61,769 nucleotides of DNA from an uncultured virus (IMG/VR IMGVR_UViG_3300042446_002147) (IMGVR_UViG_3300042446_002147:62001-123769), one strand, 5' to 3'; positions 1-10,469 are shown, numbered from the stretch's first letter. A program made the numbers and translations. Notes: generated from the letters alone by a model not told the origin.

Positions 1-573
1 ATAGAAAGATTAAAAATGTACTATACTGTAGAGAAAGGTCTTGTAATAGATTTAAAAGATTCTAAAATTATAATAAGGAATGACAATTCTATACTAATAA
101 CTCACGCAGATGATACTTCTTCAATAGAATTAAAAGGTGGTAAAATAACTAAATATGCAGATCAAGAGATAGAGAATACTGCGGTTACTAGAATTAAACA
201 TTCTTCCGAAGAGGTTTGGATGGATGGTAAAACAACTAATCTTGGGCACTCTCCTGTTTTTTCTGCTGTATGTGCAGAACCTCTTTGGGACTTCTTAAAA
301 AAATTAGCTATATCAGTTGACAGTAAAATGCCAGCTACTCCTGGTGTTAATTCAACACTAGCATCTAGCTTTGAACAATTAGCAACAAGCCAAACAGTAA
401 GGGTTACTAGAGAAAATACACCAGATCTTCCTACTACGCCAGCACAGAATAATACTCCTGTATCATTACCTAATACTGGACCTACTGGAATATTAGGAAT
501 TACTGGATTGACCGGACCTAATGGAATAACTGGACCAAATGGAATAAACCTTACAGGAGCTACGGGAGGATAA
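1..573 (+). CDS. Baseplate hub/spike (gp5-like) protein, C-terminal part, probably 5'-truncated by the window
   Basis: Frame is open from base 1 (ATA GAA AGA TTA AAA ATG). Short beta-strand repeats (SKIIIRNDNSILITHADDTSSIELKGGKI) resemble gp5/VgrG beta-helices; short G-x-T tail. Confidence 0.5.
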   Translation: MERLKMYYTVEKGLVIDLKDSKIIIRNDNSILITHADDTSSIELKGGKITKYADQEIENTAVTRIKHSSEEVWMDGKTTNLGHSPVFSAVCAEPLWDFLKKLAISVDSKMPATPGVNSTLASSFEQLATSQTVRVTRENTPDLPTTPAQNNTPVSLPNTGPTGILGITGLTGPNGITGPNGINLTGATGG

Positions 574-574
574 T

Positions 575-3500
575 ATGGCAAGTATAGAAAAAAGAATAGA
601 TAAGCTCCTTAGTAAGGATTTTACAACAGTTAGCTCTGATGAAATAATCAATATAATAACTGACGGGAAAGTATCAAATTTACCTTATGATGATTTACAA
701 TCAGAAGAGGGATTTAATAAAGAACTTGAAAAAAATCAGAAAGAGGTAGAGAATATATTAGCAAGCTTAGAACCACAGAAGCCTCCTATTTCTATGAAAA
801 TGATAGAGAAATTGGCTTGTAATTATGAAGGTGATGATTTGTACAGTGTTATATTACTCGAATCTTTAAAAAAAGAAAAACCAAAATTATATAAAGAATT
901 AATATCTTCTGCCGAATTTAAAAATAATTCTGCAATAACAGAGAAAGATCTTGGAGTAACTGTAACTAATACTAAATCTTTTAAATACCAATATAAAATA
1001 CCTTCTTCAGGTATTATTAAATTTCTTGAGGCAAAAAATCCTGATTTTTTAGAAATTGCTAATGAGAAAATTTTTGATAATATGGACCCTTTATTGCTAG
1101 GTAAACCTTCTAATTCAGGAGCTAGAAAGAAAAGAGAAATGAATGTGCTTGGATTTAAAATTCCTTTGGAATTTATAATGTCTGGTAAAAAAGTAGTACA
1201 TGTTAAAATAGGAAGTGAAAAACAAACTAAAAAGGAAGCTTTAGATAAGATTAATAGCGTACTAGATAAACAATATAAGAATTCAAAGCCTTGTGATTTT
1301 GAAGGTCTTGGTGAAAATATTAGATCAGAAAGATCTGAAAGATTAGATGATTATGATTCAAATTTCTTTCCTGATGGTGATGACCCTATATTAGATGATG
1401 ATTGTTTACCGGGTGTTCCTGAAGATCCTATTACAGGAGATCCTATAGTAACAGTGGATACATTTAACAACTTAACTGAAGATTTTTGTGATCCTCCTGA
1501 ATACGATTTTTCAGATGCTAATGGAGATGAATTAGATCCAGTAGGTAATCAAGTTGATGTGGATGCAATAGATGCTTGTATAGATTCAGCATTAAAAAAA
1601 TCCAAAAAGATTGAAGACGATAGCAAACTATTAGCTAGATGGAATCTTATTGAAAGAAGTTTAGAAGAAATATTTTATCACTACGAAATAATATATGAGT
1701 ATCAAAAGGCATTATCAGAAAACTGGAGAAATAGAATTCCTGTAAATTCAGGAGGTGATCCTAGTAATCTTGATCTTGCAATTAGTATATTAACATATAA
1801 TGATAGCATAAAAGAAATTGATAAAGAGATCACTGATCAGAAACAAAAAAATGATACGGACAAGAAAAATTTCATTCAAGAGAACGAAATATTTACTGAG
1901 GATATTTTTCTTTTAAGTGGACTTGACACCGAATTAAATACGATAGAATTAACTAATCTATTTAACTATCAAATAGAAGCTAATAAATCACCTATACGTT
2001 ATGATTCAACAACACAATCATGGCCAGTTTCTGAAGGTGTTAGTGATTTTCAAAAAAATGTAGAGTCAATAAGAGTTATATTAATAGAGAAAGGATTTAT
2101 ATCTAATTTAATAAATGATAGGGATCAGAAGGTTTCTTTAAGAGATGCTGACCTTGCCACTTTAAAAAATAGACTAGGTGTAAATGTAACATATAATGAT
2201 CTTGAGAGTGGATTCACGTCTGGCAGTTCAACAACAGACGATACAGCTGAAAGGGTTTTTAAAAGTGCTTTGGTTAATGGAATATCTGTTAATACTTATG
2301 ATTCTTATGGATATGAATTTTTAGAAAAATTAAAAGAATTCTCTGTGAGATTTAAAAAAGTAGAATTTAATAACAGCTTAGGAGAATTACAATTTGAGCT
2401 TTCTTTTATGACAGATTATGGACGACCGCTTCCGTATGAGATAGTAGAAAAACCAGCACCTATATCTTTTAAAAATAAAGTGACTAAGCCTATGAGCAAA
2501 GTTTCTGAGCCTGATATAAAGAAAATAAAAATTGGTAACGAATATGCAGGTAATGGGGGATTATTAGCTAATACATCTCCTTCTTATTTAAAAAGCTATA
2601 AATTCATAAAAATAAATAACATTAAAACAGTAGAACCTGATATTGCTAATTTTTATGATTTCATTGAGACTATCATAAAAAAAGATGATAGCAAATCAGC
2701 AATAATTAAAAAAATAGTTGATGATAGAGGTATTTTATACGGGCAACTTATAGAAAAATCTGCTTCTCCTTGGTTATTTTTTACAGCTGGAGAAAGAGGA
2801 GATAACGATTCTAGAGATCCTGCAAAAACTAGACCTTCCAGTTTTACTAAAGACGGTGATCCAAATAAAACTTTTACTGATTTTTGGGGAAAATTTAAAG
2901 ATAAATGGGACAGTAAATACAAGGAGAATAAAACAAGATATATTGATCCTGCAATGGTAGAATTAAAAAATGAAGCCAGAAAAGCAGGTGAAGGCTTGGG
3001 TAAGACATTGCCGACTAGTGATGCTATAGGAGTTAGGATATTCGAAAACTATTTCGATGTTAAACAAAAATACGAGCAAATTCAGGACATTATATTATAT
3101 GTAGCACAAAAAAGAGCTGAGATAGAAGGATCTTTAAGTCCGGAGAATTTGAGTAAATCTTTCTCTGATGTTAAATGCTCAGGAGGAGATGGACAAGGAA
3201 ATGGAGATGATCCAGAAAACTGCCCACCTAAATGTTGTGGACCTGCTGGTACGGATTTTAATTCTGAAAATTATTTAACTTCTGCAGGACCAAGTTCAGA
3301 TTGCCCTACGATGTATCAAAAATGCTGGTGGAAGCAATTCTGTAAAGATTTAACAAAAGTCGGCTTGCTTCCTTATCCTAACGGATTACCTCCTATTGAA
3401 GATCCTAAGTATTTCTTGGCAGCTGGTCCTAGTGTTAGATTGGGATTGAAATATTGGCCTGTAGGATATTTACCTCCTGCATTTATTCCTATACCTTTTG

Positions 3501-5656
3501 CTAATCCAATAGACGGACTTCCTTATATAAGAATTCCGTTACCTATGATATGGACAACCATACCGCCTATACTTATTCCTTTGCCATTTAATTTAGGTAT
3601 AATTGTTATATTCATTCCCCTAATAGGTGGATTTATGCCTACACCTCTAGTTTATATAAAGGAATTTATTTTTGGTAACTCTTTATTTCTTACCGGAATA
3701 AGAGGACCTAGATTTATACCAAGAAAATCTGATCCACAAATAAAAGATTCGTTAGAAAAAATTAAACAAGCTCTTAGCTTTGGTATACCTGACAAGTTAA
3801 TTCCTTTGCCTGGATTTGGATTAGATAATTTGGATTCAGCTACTAGGGTTTTAGGAGATATACAAGGAAATTTAACTAAGATTTTTGATAGTGTGCCTCC
3901 TCCCGGTAATATACAGGCTTTAAGAGATTTACAAGGAATGGAGAGGGGTTTAAAAGAAGCAATTAGAGAAAAAAAGAGAGATTATGATAAAAAATATGCT
4001 CTTATAGATCTTCCTGCTCCTAATTTTGAAGAAGACAATGAAAAATTAAAAGGATTAATTAAGGAAAGAAAGAATGTACTTAAAAAAGTAATTAATGAAT
4101 ATATTGATAAAGGTATACCTAATCCTAAATCTATTTATTTTCCTAAGGACAAGGATAAATTAAAGATAGACATTCCAGGTATTATTAAGTCTTTAAGAAT
4201 ATTAAAAGAGATGCGAGCAAGTTTTATACCTACTCATTGCTCAGATTATATAAATTTTAAAGATGAAATGAGGGAGATCTTAAAGTTAATGAAGATAATT
4301 TGTCCCCCAAAATATTTCTTAGAAAATCAAGAAGTTTCCAATGTTAATAAGATATTTCTTAGAATAGAAAAAGACCCTAGATTAATGAACGAGGATGAGT
4401 TTTCTGAGCTAGTTAAAGAAATAAAAGGTGTCTCCTTAATTATTACTAATATAATATTAAGAGGTAATAAATTTTCAGTAATTAAAAAAATGAGAAAGGG
4501 TGCTTTCTCTATAATAGATGACTGTGGTTATCAGGGAAATTTTTTATTCCCTCCTATAAAAATAACAAATTCTGCACCTAAGGCATTAAAGTTCATAAAT
4601 GTAAAAAACCCAATAATAGAAGCTATTTACCTTAGACTAATGGAAGGAATGTCAAAGACTCAATATAAACCTGAGGACTTTGCAAAATATGTAAGGTACA
4701 ATGGGGAAACTCCTTTATTAGTTATAAGGGTTAAGGATCTTAAAAAACTAGTAGCTAAAAAGCTAGGATTAAGTAAAAGAGGACCTTTTGATGTGGAAAG
4801 ACCCTTAGATAAAGAAGAACCGCTAATTTCTAAATTCCCACACCCGGAAGGACCTTTATGTTGTTTGGAATCTTTAAATGGCGGATTTGGTAATGCTGTT
4901 GCTGCATTTGAACTTCCCACAGTATTCCCCCTTAAACAAGATCAGATTTCACAGACTCCTGGATTAGGGGGAATGATTCAGGTAACCATACCAGGTAAGG
5001 TGATTAAATCATTTATGAAAGAATCAATAATTAAATTAATGGATAATGGTCTATTGGAAAAAATGATACCCGAAATAAATGATCCTCTATCTCCTAAATT
5101 TATAAATATGGATCCTTCTGATATTCAGAAGATAACTAGGAATATGGTTAGAGATTTATTTAATCCAGATTCCCCTGATATACCTAAATTTTTAAATGTT
5201 ATTAAAGCACCGCCATTTCCTTTGGCAAGACCTACTGACATGGTAGAACAAGCATTAATAGGTTTAGGTGCACCCCCTGCTGCTAGAATAGTTTTTAATA
5301 ATTTTTGGAAGTATTATAAATCTTTACCTAAAACTCCTTTGGGTGATATAATAACGCTTCCTGCAATAGAGTTATCTGCTAGTATATTAAATAAAATTCC
5401 TTGGCCTTTAACAGTACTTATTGGAAGAAGTGTAGTGAATTTACTAAATCCAATAGTTATGTCTGACGATCATCCAGTATGGAGAAGAATGAGTCTTAAA
5501 AATGTTTATTATGTTATTTACTTGGATGAATTTTTAAGAAGCGCTGCTGATGTATCTGGGCTATTTAAGTTCTTTTTAGGATCAGCGGATCCAGTATACC
5601 CTATACCAGAATTTCCATCAGAGCTTAAAAAAGCATTAAACATAAAAAAATATTAA
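575..5656 (+). CDS. Very large (1693 aa) hypothetical protein, probably virion/baseplate-associated
   Basis: Long ORF starting 1 nt after the spike gene stop. Coiled-coil segments, a Cys cluster (CPPKCCG...CWWKQFC) and a Pro-rich hydrophobic segment. Confidence 0.5.
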   Translation: MASIEKRIDKLLSKDFTTVSSDEIINIITDGKVSNLPYDDLQSEEGFNKELEKNQKEVENILASLEPQKPPISMKMIEKLACNYEGDDLYSVILLESLKKEKPKLYKELISSAEFKNNSAITEKDLGVTVTNTKSFKYQYKIPSSGIIKFLEAKNPDFLEIANEKIFDNMDPLLLGKPSNSGARKKREMNVLGFKIPLEFIMSGKKVVHVKIGSEKQTKKEALDKINSVLDKQYKNSKPCDFEGLGENIRSERSERLDDYDSNFFPDGDDPILDDDCLPGVPEDPITGDPIVTVDTFNNLTEDFCDPPEYDFSDANGDELDPVGNQVDVDAIDACIDSALKKSKKIEDDSKLLARWNLIERSLEEIFYHYEIIYEYQKALSENWRNRIPVNSGGDPSNLDLAISILTYNDSIKEIDKEITDQKQKNDTDKKNFIQENEIFTEDIFLLSGLDTELNTIELTNLFNYQIEANKSPIRYDSTTQSWPVSEGVSDFQKNVESIRVILIEKGFISNLINDRDQKVSLRDADLATLKNRLGVNVTYNDLESGFTSGSSTTDDTAERVFKSALVNGISVNTYDSYGYEFLEKLKEFSVRFKKVEFNNSLGELQFELSFMTDYGRPLPYEIVEKPAPISFKNKVTKPMSKVSEPDIKKIKIGNEYAGNGGLLANTSPSYLKSYKFIKINNIKTVEPDIANFYDFIETIIKKDDSKSAIIKKIVDDRGILYGQLIEKSASPWLFFTAGERGDNDSRDPAKTRPSSFTKDGDPNKTFTDFWGKFKDKWDSKYKENKTRYIDPAMVELKNEARKAGEGLGKTLPTSDAIGVRIFENYFDVKQKYEQIQDIILYVAQKRAEIEGSLSPENLSKSFSDVKCSGGDGQGNGDDPENCPPKCCGPAGTDFNSENYLTSAGPSSDCPTMYQKCWWKQFCKDLTKVGLLPYPNGLPPIEDPKYFLAAGPSVRLGLKYWPVGYLPPAFIPIPFANPIDGLPYIRIPLPMIWTTIPPILIPLPFNLGIIVIFIPLIGGFMPTPLVYIKEFIFGNSLFLTGIRGPRFIPRKSDPQIKDSLEKIKQALSFGIPDKLIPLPGFGLDNLDSATRVLGDIQGNLTKIFDSVPPPGNIQALRDLQGMERGLKEAIREKKRDYDKKYALIDLPAPNFEEDNEKLKGLIKERKNVLKKVINEYIDKGIPNPKSIYFPKDKDKLKIDIPGIIKSLRILKEMRASFIPTHCSDYINFKDEMREILKLMKIICPPKYFLENQEVSNVNKIFLRIEKDPRLMNEDEFSELVKEIKGVSLIITNIILRGNKFSVIKKMRKGAFSIIDDCGYQGNFLFPPIKITNSAPKALKFINVKNPIIEAIYLRLMEGMSKTQYKPEDFAKYVRYNGETPLLVIRVKDLKKLVAKKLGLSKRGPFDVERPLDKEEPLISKFPHPEGPLCCLESLNGGFGNAVAAFELPTVFPLKQDQISQTPGLGGMIQVTIPGKVIKSFMKESIIKLMDNGLLEKMIPEINDPLSPKFINMDPSDIQKITRNMVRDLFNPDSPDIPKFLNVIKAPPFPLARPTDMVEQALIGLGAPPAARIVFNNFWKYYKSLPKTPLGDIITLPAIELSASILNKIPWPLTVLIGRSVVNLLNPIVMSDDHPVWRRMSLKNVYYVIYLDEFLRSAADVSGLFKFFLGSADPVYPIPEFPSELKKALNIKKY

Positions 5657-5712
5657 AAACTTGGAAATTTTATCTACTCTTAATACTAAAATAAATACAA
5701 ACTCTAAATAAA

Positions 5713-6822
5713 ATGAAAAATAAAAATTTTAGCTGCTTTGAATATGAAGCAAATGAAAGAGAAAGATTGAAAAATCTTTATTCTGAAACTTTCCCTGAGA
5801 CAGACACAAAGATGTCAGGTAAAGATTTACAAGAAAATACTTCTGAAAGAATTGTAGTTACTGGATATGATAGCGAAAAAGGAGTAGCATTAGGCGAAAC
5901 TGCATTCGGACAAACAATTATAATCGATACAAAGAAGGAAGAAAAGCATATGAGAAAGCTTGGGTATCCTGCTATAGAAATTATACCAGGACAGGTTCTT
6001 GATGTTGTTATTCACAAAGATGCCTCGGGATCATTCAACGGATCTGTTTCAGCAGGATATGAGAAAGCTTTAAAAATAGAATTGCATAGATCTATTAGAG
6101 AAGAAGACTGCGCATTTAAAGTGAAGGTTAAAAATGTTTGTAATGGAGGATTTATAGTTGATCTTTCAGGTATTGAATGCTTCTTACCTGGTAGTTTAGC
6201 TGCTGCTAATAGAATCATGAACTTTGCTGATTATGTTGGAAAAGATCTCACTGTTATGATAGAGATATACGATCAAAAGAGAGATATTTTTGTTGTATCG
6301 TTTAAAAAATATCTTAAAAAGATTATTAATTCTGAAGTGAAAAATCTTTCATTCTCTAAAAAATATGAAGGTAAAGTTACAGGAGCTTCTGGAAATAATA
6401 TTTTTGTTGAATGGGAAGAAATCTATACAGGTATTATTTCAATTGACGAAAACAACAGAACAAAATTAGAAGCTTTACAAACAGGGGATTTAGTTGAATT
6501 TTATGTTGTAGATATTAAAAATCCCCAAAGAATAGGTCTTTCTATTTTAGAACCTAATGATAAGTTAAAGAATATTCAAAATTTAAAAGATACCTCATCT
6601 CAAGTTTTAGGCGAAAATACTGAATTAAAAACTTACAAAGCAGAGATTACTAAATTAAAGACATTTGGTGTGTTCGTTAAAATCGAGAATGGTCTATCCG
6701 GACTTATCGAAAAAGAAAAATTGGTAAAAGATATTAAAGACTACGAAGTTGGTCAATCTGTTAATTGTTCAATATCGAGTGTAGATACAGCTACTCTTAA
6801 AATACAATTGACCGAGGTTTAA
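5713..6822 (+). CDS. Ribosomal protein S1-like multi-S1-domain RNA-binding protein
   Basis: S1-domain signatures VKVKNVCNGGFIVDLSGIECFLPGSL, YEGKVTG...IFVE...GII and AEITKLKTFGVFVKIENGLSGLI. Confidence 0.85.
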   Translation: MKNKNFSCFEYEANERERLKNLYSETFPETDTKMSGKDLQENTSERIVVTGYDSEKGVALGETAFGQTIIIDTKKEEKHMRKLGYPAIEIIPGQVLDVVIHKDASGSFNGSVSAGYEKALKIELHRSIREEDCAFKVKVKNVCNGGFIVDLSGIECFLPGSLAAANRIMNFADYVGKDLTVMIEIYDQKRDIFVVSFKKYLKKIINSEVKNLSFSKKYEGKVTGASGNNIFVEWEEIYTGIISIDENNRTKLEALQTGDLVEFYVVDIKNPQRIGLSILEPNDKLKNIQNLKDTSSQVLGENTELKTYKAEITKLKTFGVFVKIENGLSGLIEKEKLVKDIKDYEVGQSVNCSISSVDTATLKIQLTEV

Positions 6823-6850
6823 TATTAATATTTAATAATATTTTTGAATT

Positions 6851-6883
6851 AGAGTTTTACTTATAAGTAAAACTCTTTTTTTT
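6851..6883 (+). terminator. Intrinsic terminator downstream of the S1-like gene
   Basis: Perfect 26-nt palindrome AGAGTTTTACTTATAAGTAAAACTCT followed by a T-run. Confidence 0.8.
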
Positions 6884-6979
6884 GTGATTATCTAGAGGTA
6901 ATTTATTATCGTTTTTAATTGATAATACAAATAAGAAATAAAGATATAAAAAGCTAAAAGGGTTTATCTTTTCTTTTAC

Positions 6980-6988
6980 GAATATATA
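6980..6988 (+). promoter_or_regulatory. Putative late-promoter motif GAATATATA
   Basis: 4 nt before ATG 6993; the motif recurs before many genes. Confidence 0.55.
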
Positions 6989-6992
6989 GTAT

Positions 6993-8420
6993 ATGGATAT
7001 TAGCACAAGAGATTTTTTATACTCTGCCCAATGTGGTTTTGAATTTGAGTTTTTTAGTAACTTAAATAGAAACGAGATAGCAGATTCGCTAGGGAAAACT
7101 TTAGGTAAAAAAATTCTTCTATTTAGTAAGTATCATTCAGGTTTTAAACCCACTAAGGATATTTTTAAATTAGAACCAGATTACTCAGGAGGATCTAAGA
7201 TGACCGAATTAATAACTGGGCCTTTACCTTATTTTGAAGCGATAGTGATTCTTATAAAGACTCTTAAGTGGATTGATATGTATGGATATACAGATAAGAA
7301 ATGTGCATTCCAATTTGGAATAAGCATCGATACATCTATATTCCCTGAGGTTCCTCCGGTATCTCAAATAAACCCTCTTAAATTTATTTTAGGATTCGAT
7401 GAGAATATTATCTATAAAAGATTCCCAGAAAGAGCTGGATCTTTGTATGCTAAATCTATAAAAAGAATATTACCTGCTAATAAATTTGTAGATCCTTCAA
7501 ATATTTCATTTATAGATAAGAATCTTTTCGAAATACCAGTAGAAAAAAATATGGGTATAAATTTTACTAAATTATCGGATGGATATTTTGAAGTGAGATA
7601 TTTAGGAGGTAAAGATTACCAGAGGAAGTACTCAAGTATAAAAGAAATATTAGATTATATAATAACATATACTATACAGACTCTTAAGTTTAATAATAGC
7701 TTCACAGATAATGATTTAAAAGTTCTTAAAATGTTCTTAGCAGAGATCTATAAGAGTTCTTCGACATTTATAGATCCTGAATCTTTTCAAAAGAATTACC
7801 CACATTTAAATATAATGGTAGATCTTAGATCGGATCCACAAATAGTTAGAACATTTTTCCTGACTATTAGAGAAATTCTTTATGATATTATTGTAGATAA
7901 TGGTATTAAAGAAGGTGTTATTAATTATGATAGTTCATTAGGTAAATTTCAATTGAAGGACGTAAAAACTACAAGAGCTTATTTACTTAAAGATTATGAT
8001 ATTCTTAATAGTGAAATTTCAGGAAATATATTGAATTGTAGGTTGTTTTCGTGTGATCTTAACGACTGTGCTGTTGAAGATTGTGATCTAGTTACTAATA
8101 ATGAAGTTAAGCGATCTAAGATCATGTATTCGGATATTATGTTTAGTAATGTAGTACACGAAACTTATATTGATAACAAAGAGAAGGAAATAAACTGTGA
8201 AGTATTTGGTGGAATAATTAGATCCGGGTATATTGGAAAACTTGCTACAATTTCACCAGAGACTGAAATAGTTAAAGATGCTGAAGACGATAAAAAAATG
8301 AAGGGAAGTTCTAAAAAGAAAGGATTTCCTGATAGAAATGACGGGGAAGCATTATCTAAACCTGTTAGATTTAGTAACAATAATAGTAAGCCCTCAGGAA
8401 TTCCTGGGACTAGCTTCTAA
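6993..8420 (+). CDS. Amidoligase_2 (COOH-NH2 ligase)-like protein with degenerate active site
   Basis: Motifs GFEFEF, EPDYS..ELITGPL, CAFQFGIS (usually CGxHxH), GINF and YFEVR occur in the family order. Confidence 0.6.
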   Translation: MDISTRDFLYSAQCGFEFEFFSNLNRNEIADSLGKTLGKKILLFSKYHSGFKPTKDIFKLEPDYSGGSKMTELITGPLPYFEAIVILIKTLKWIDMYGYTDKKCAFQFGISIDTSIFPEVPPVSQINPLKFILGFDENIIYKRFPERAGSLYAKSIKRILPANKFVDPSNISFIDKNLFEIPVEKNMGINFTKLSDGYFEVRYLGGKDYQRKYSSIKEILDYIITYTIQTLKFNNSFTDNDLKVLKMFLAEIYKSSSTFIDPESFQKNYPHLNIMVDLRSDPQIVRTFFLTIREILYDIIVDNGIKEGVINYDSSLGKFQLKDVKTTRAYLLKDYDILNSEISGNILNCRLFSCDLNDCAVEDCDLVTNNEVKRSKIMYSDIMFSNVVHETYIDNKEKEINCEVFGGIIRSGYIGKLATISPETEIVKDAEDDKKMKGSSKKKGFPDRNDGEALSKPVRFSNNNSKPSGIPGTSF

Positions 8421-8437
8421 TTAAATAACCAATTAAA

Positions 8438-9217
8438 ATGACTGAAGCAGACTTAATTCAGGAAATTAGAGATGATATATCTCATTCTTGTGCATTGCCC
8501 TATAACTTAAATGACCAAGAAATAAAAAGAATTATAAAAAGAGCTAGGGCTTATTTTTATGATAATTACCAGTATGCAGTAGAAGATAGAATATTTGTAC
8601 TAGGTAAAGATCTATTTTCTAATCCCTCTTTTAGAGCTACCAGACAAATACAATTGCCATCTTGTGTGGTATCTGTATATGATGTTAGAGAAGTTAATGG
8701 CTCGGGTCTTACCGGTACACCGGATAAAGATTTTGGAGATTCTAAATTATTAGGGTCTGAGCTTATGTTATCGCCATTTGCAGGAGATAACTTGGTTTAT
8801 CGTACTGTTCTCTATTCATTCTTTGATTTAGCTAAAGCCTATTTACTAGAGAGTTATGCTTATAATTACAATAAGAACACCAAGAAATTAACAATACTTG
8901 GTAGAGATCCTAATAGGACTAGTGTAACTGATTCTGGAAGTTCTTCCACATTATTTTCTGGTACTGATGTGGGTGTTAAAGCTTGTATAGCTATACCAGA
9001 AGAGAGTCTTTATGATGATGAATTATTCGTAAGATTCTGTCTTGCTGAAGCTAAAATTAACATTGGTAGGTTATTAGGTACATTCGAATATAACCTCCCA
9101 GGTGGTGTTAGAGTTAACTACAGTAATATTCAAACAGCAGGAACAACAGAAAAAGCTGAGATTATTCAGATGATCAAAGACGAAAACACACCTAGTTATT
9201 TTTTGCAGTGGAATTGA
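8438..9217 (+). CDS. Neck protein, T4 gp13-like
   Basis: C-terminal FVRFCLAEAKINIGRLLGTF..NLPGGVRVN matches the gp13 LPGGV motif; N-terminal helical region. Confidence 0.75.
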   Translation: MTEADLIQEIRDDISHSCALPYNLNDQEIKRIIKRARAYFYDNYQYAVEDRIFVLGKDLFSNPSFRATRQIQLPSCVVSVYDVREVNGSGLTGTPDKDFGDSKLLGSELMLSPFAGDNLVYRTVLYSFFDLAKAYLLESYAYNYNKNTKKLTILGRDPNRTSVTDSGSSSTLFSGTDVGVKACIAIPEESLYDDELFVRFCLAEAKINIGRLLGTFEYNLPGGVRVNYSNIQTAGTTEKAEIIQMIKDENTPSYFLQWN

Positions 9218-9235
9218 AAAATATACATTATATTT

Positions 9236-9244
9236 GGATATATA
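9236..9244 (+). promoter_or_regulatory. Putative late-promoter motif GGATATATA
   Basis: Intergenic, upstream of ATG 9261. Confidence 0.55.
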
Positions 9245-9260
9245 ATACTAAAAATATCCA

Positions 9261-10466
9261 ATGTGTATATTACAAAAAATTGAAGAGTGGAGATCTAAAA
9301 GCGGTAAGGCATTTGGAACTATAATGAGAGATATTCCAAAGAATCCCGATGATGTCGAACAATTAAAATCACTAACTTCTTTTCTGAACCGAATTTATAA
9401 TCCTGAAAAAATTTCTATTCAGCAGAGATTTTATCATGTGTGGTTTGGATTTTATGGAATAGAAGTTTGTCCTTGTTGTGAATCCCCTAAAATGTTTACA
9501 AAAAAACCCAAATTCTCTATAGATAGGTATGGTATAAAACCTACGAATTCAGTGAATTATTATGGTACGTGTATGTCTGATTTCTGTAATAAAAAATACA
9601 ATTTAGAAAAAACGCGTTCTAAAATGATGGAAAATCACGGAACTATAAATCCTATGGAGGTACCAGGTGCTTTAAATAAGATTAAGAAAAATAACAGGGA
9701 AAAATACGGAGTGGATTTTTATACAGAAACTGAAGAGTTTAAAGAAAAAGTAAAAGCTACATTTTTAAAAAAATATGGTGTTCACCCTACTAAATTAAAG
9801 GAAACACAAGATAAGAAGAGAAAAACAAATAGAGAAAAATATGGATTTGAGCACGCATTGGATAATTCAGAAGTAAAGGAAAAATCTAGGATAACCAATA
9901 ATTTAAAATACGGCGGAAATTCCAGTATGTGTTCAGATGATACCAGAAATAAATCTAAGGAGACTAATAGAAAAAATCATGGAGTAGATTGGTATGTCCA
10001 AAGTGGTGATTTTAAGCAGAAATTCAAACAAACTATGATTGCTAATTATGGTGTTGAACAAGTTATGCACTACACTCCGTCATTTGAAAAATCTTTAAAC
10101 ACCTCATATAAGAAAAAGATTTTTGTTTTTCCTTCAGGAAGAATCGAAAAAATACAGGGATATGAAGGTTTTGCTTTGAATGATTTATTAGATAATGATT
10201 ACACTGAGGATGATATTATAGTTTCAAATAAGAAAATAGAGGAATATACTAGTAAAATATGGTATTTAGATTCTGAAAGGAAGAAAAGAAAATATTATCC
10301 AGATATTTATTTAATTACAGAGAACAAAATAATAGAGGTTAAGTCTGAATACACTTATAAATCAGCATATTCGATAAATATTAGAAAAAAACAAGCATGT
10401 CTTGATCTTGGAATTTCTTTTGAGTTTTGGATATATGACAAGAATGGGAAAAGAACAATAAAATAG
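9261..10466 (+). CDS. Putative homing endonuclease with KYG repeats and C-terminal PD-(D/E)xK nuclease
   Basis: Cys motifs (CPCC, CMSDFC), about 7 repeats of the N-x-x-K-Y-G-V type, C-terminal YYPDIY...IIEVKS. Confidence 0.7.
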   Translation: MCILQKIEEWRSKSGKAFGTIMRDIPKNPDDVEQLKSLTSFLNRIYNPEKISIQQRFYHVWFGFYGIEVCPCCESPKMFTKKPKFSIDRYGIKPTNSVNYYGTCMSDFCNKKYNLEKTRSKMMENHGTINPMEVPGALNKIKKNNREKYGVDFYTETEEFKEKVKATFLKKYGVHPTKLKETQDKKRKTNREKYGFEHALDNSEVKEKSRITNNLKYGGNSSMCSDDTRNKSKETNRKNHGVDWYVQSGDFKQKFKQTMIANYGVEQVMHYTPSFEKSLNTSYKKKIFVFPSGRIEKIQGYEGFALNDLLDNDYTEDDIIVSNKKIEEYTSKIWYLDSERKKRKYYPDIYLITENKIIEVKSEYTYKSAYSINIRKKQACLDLGISFEFWIYDKNGKRTIK

Positions 10467-10469
10467 TAT

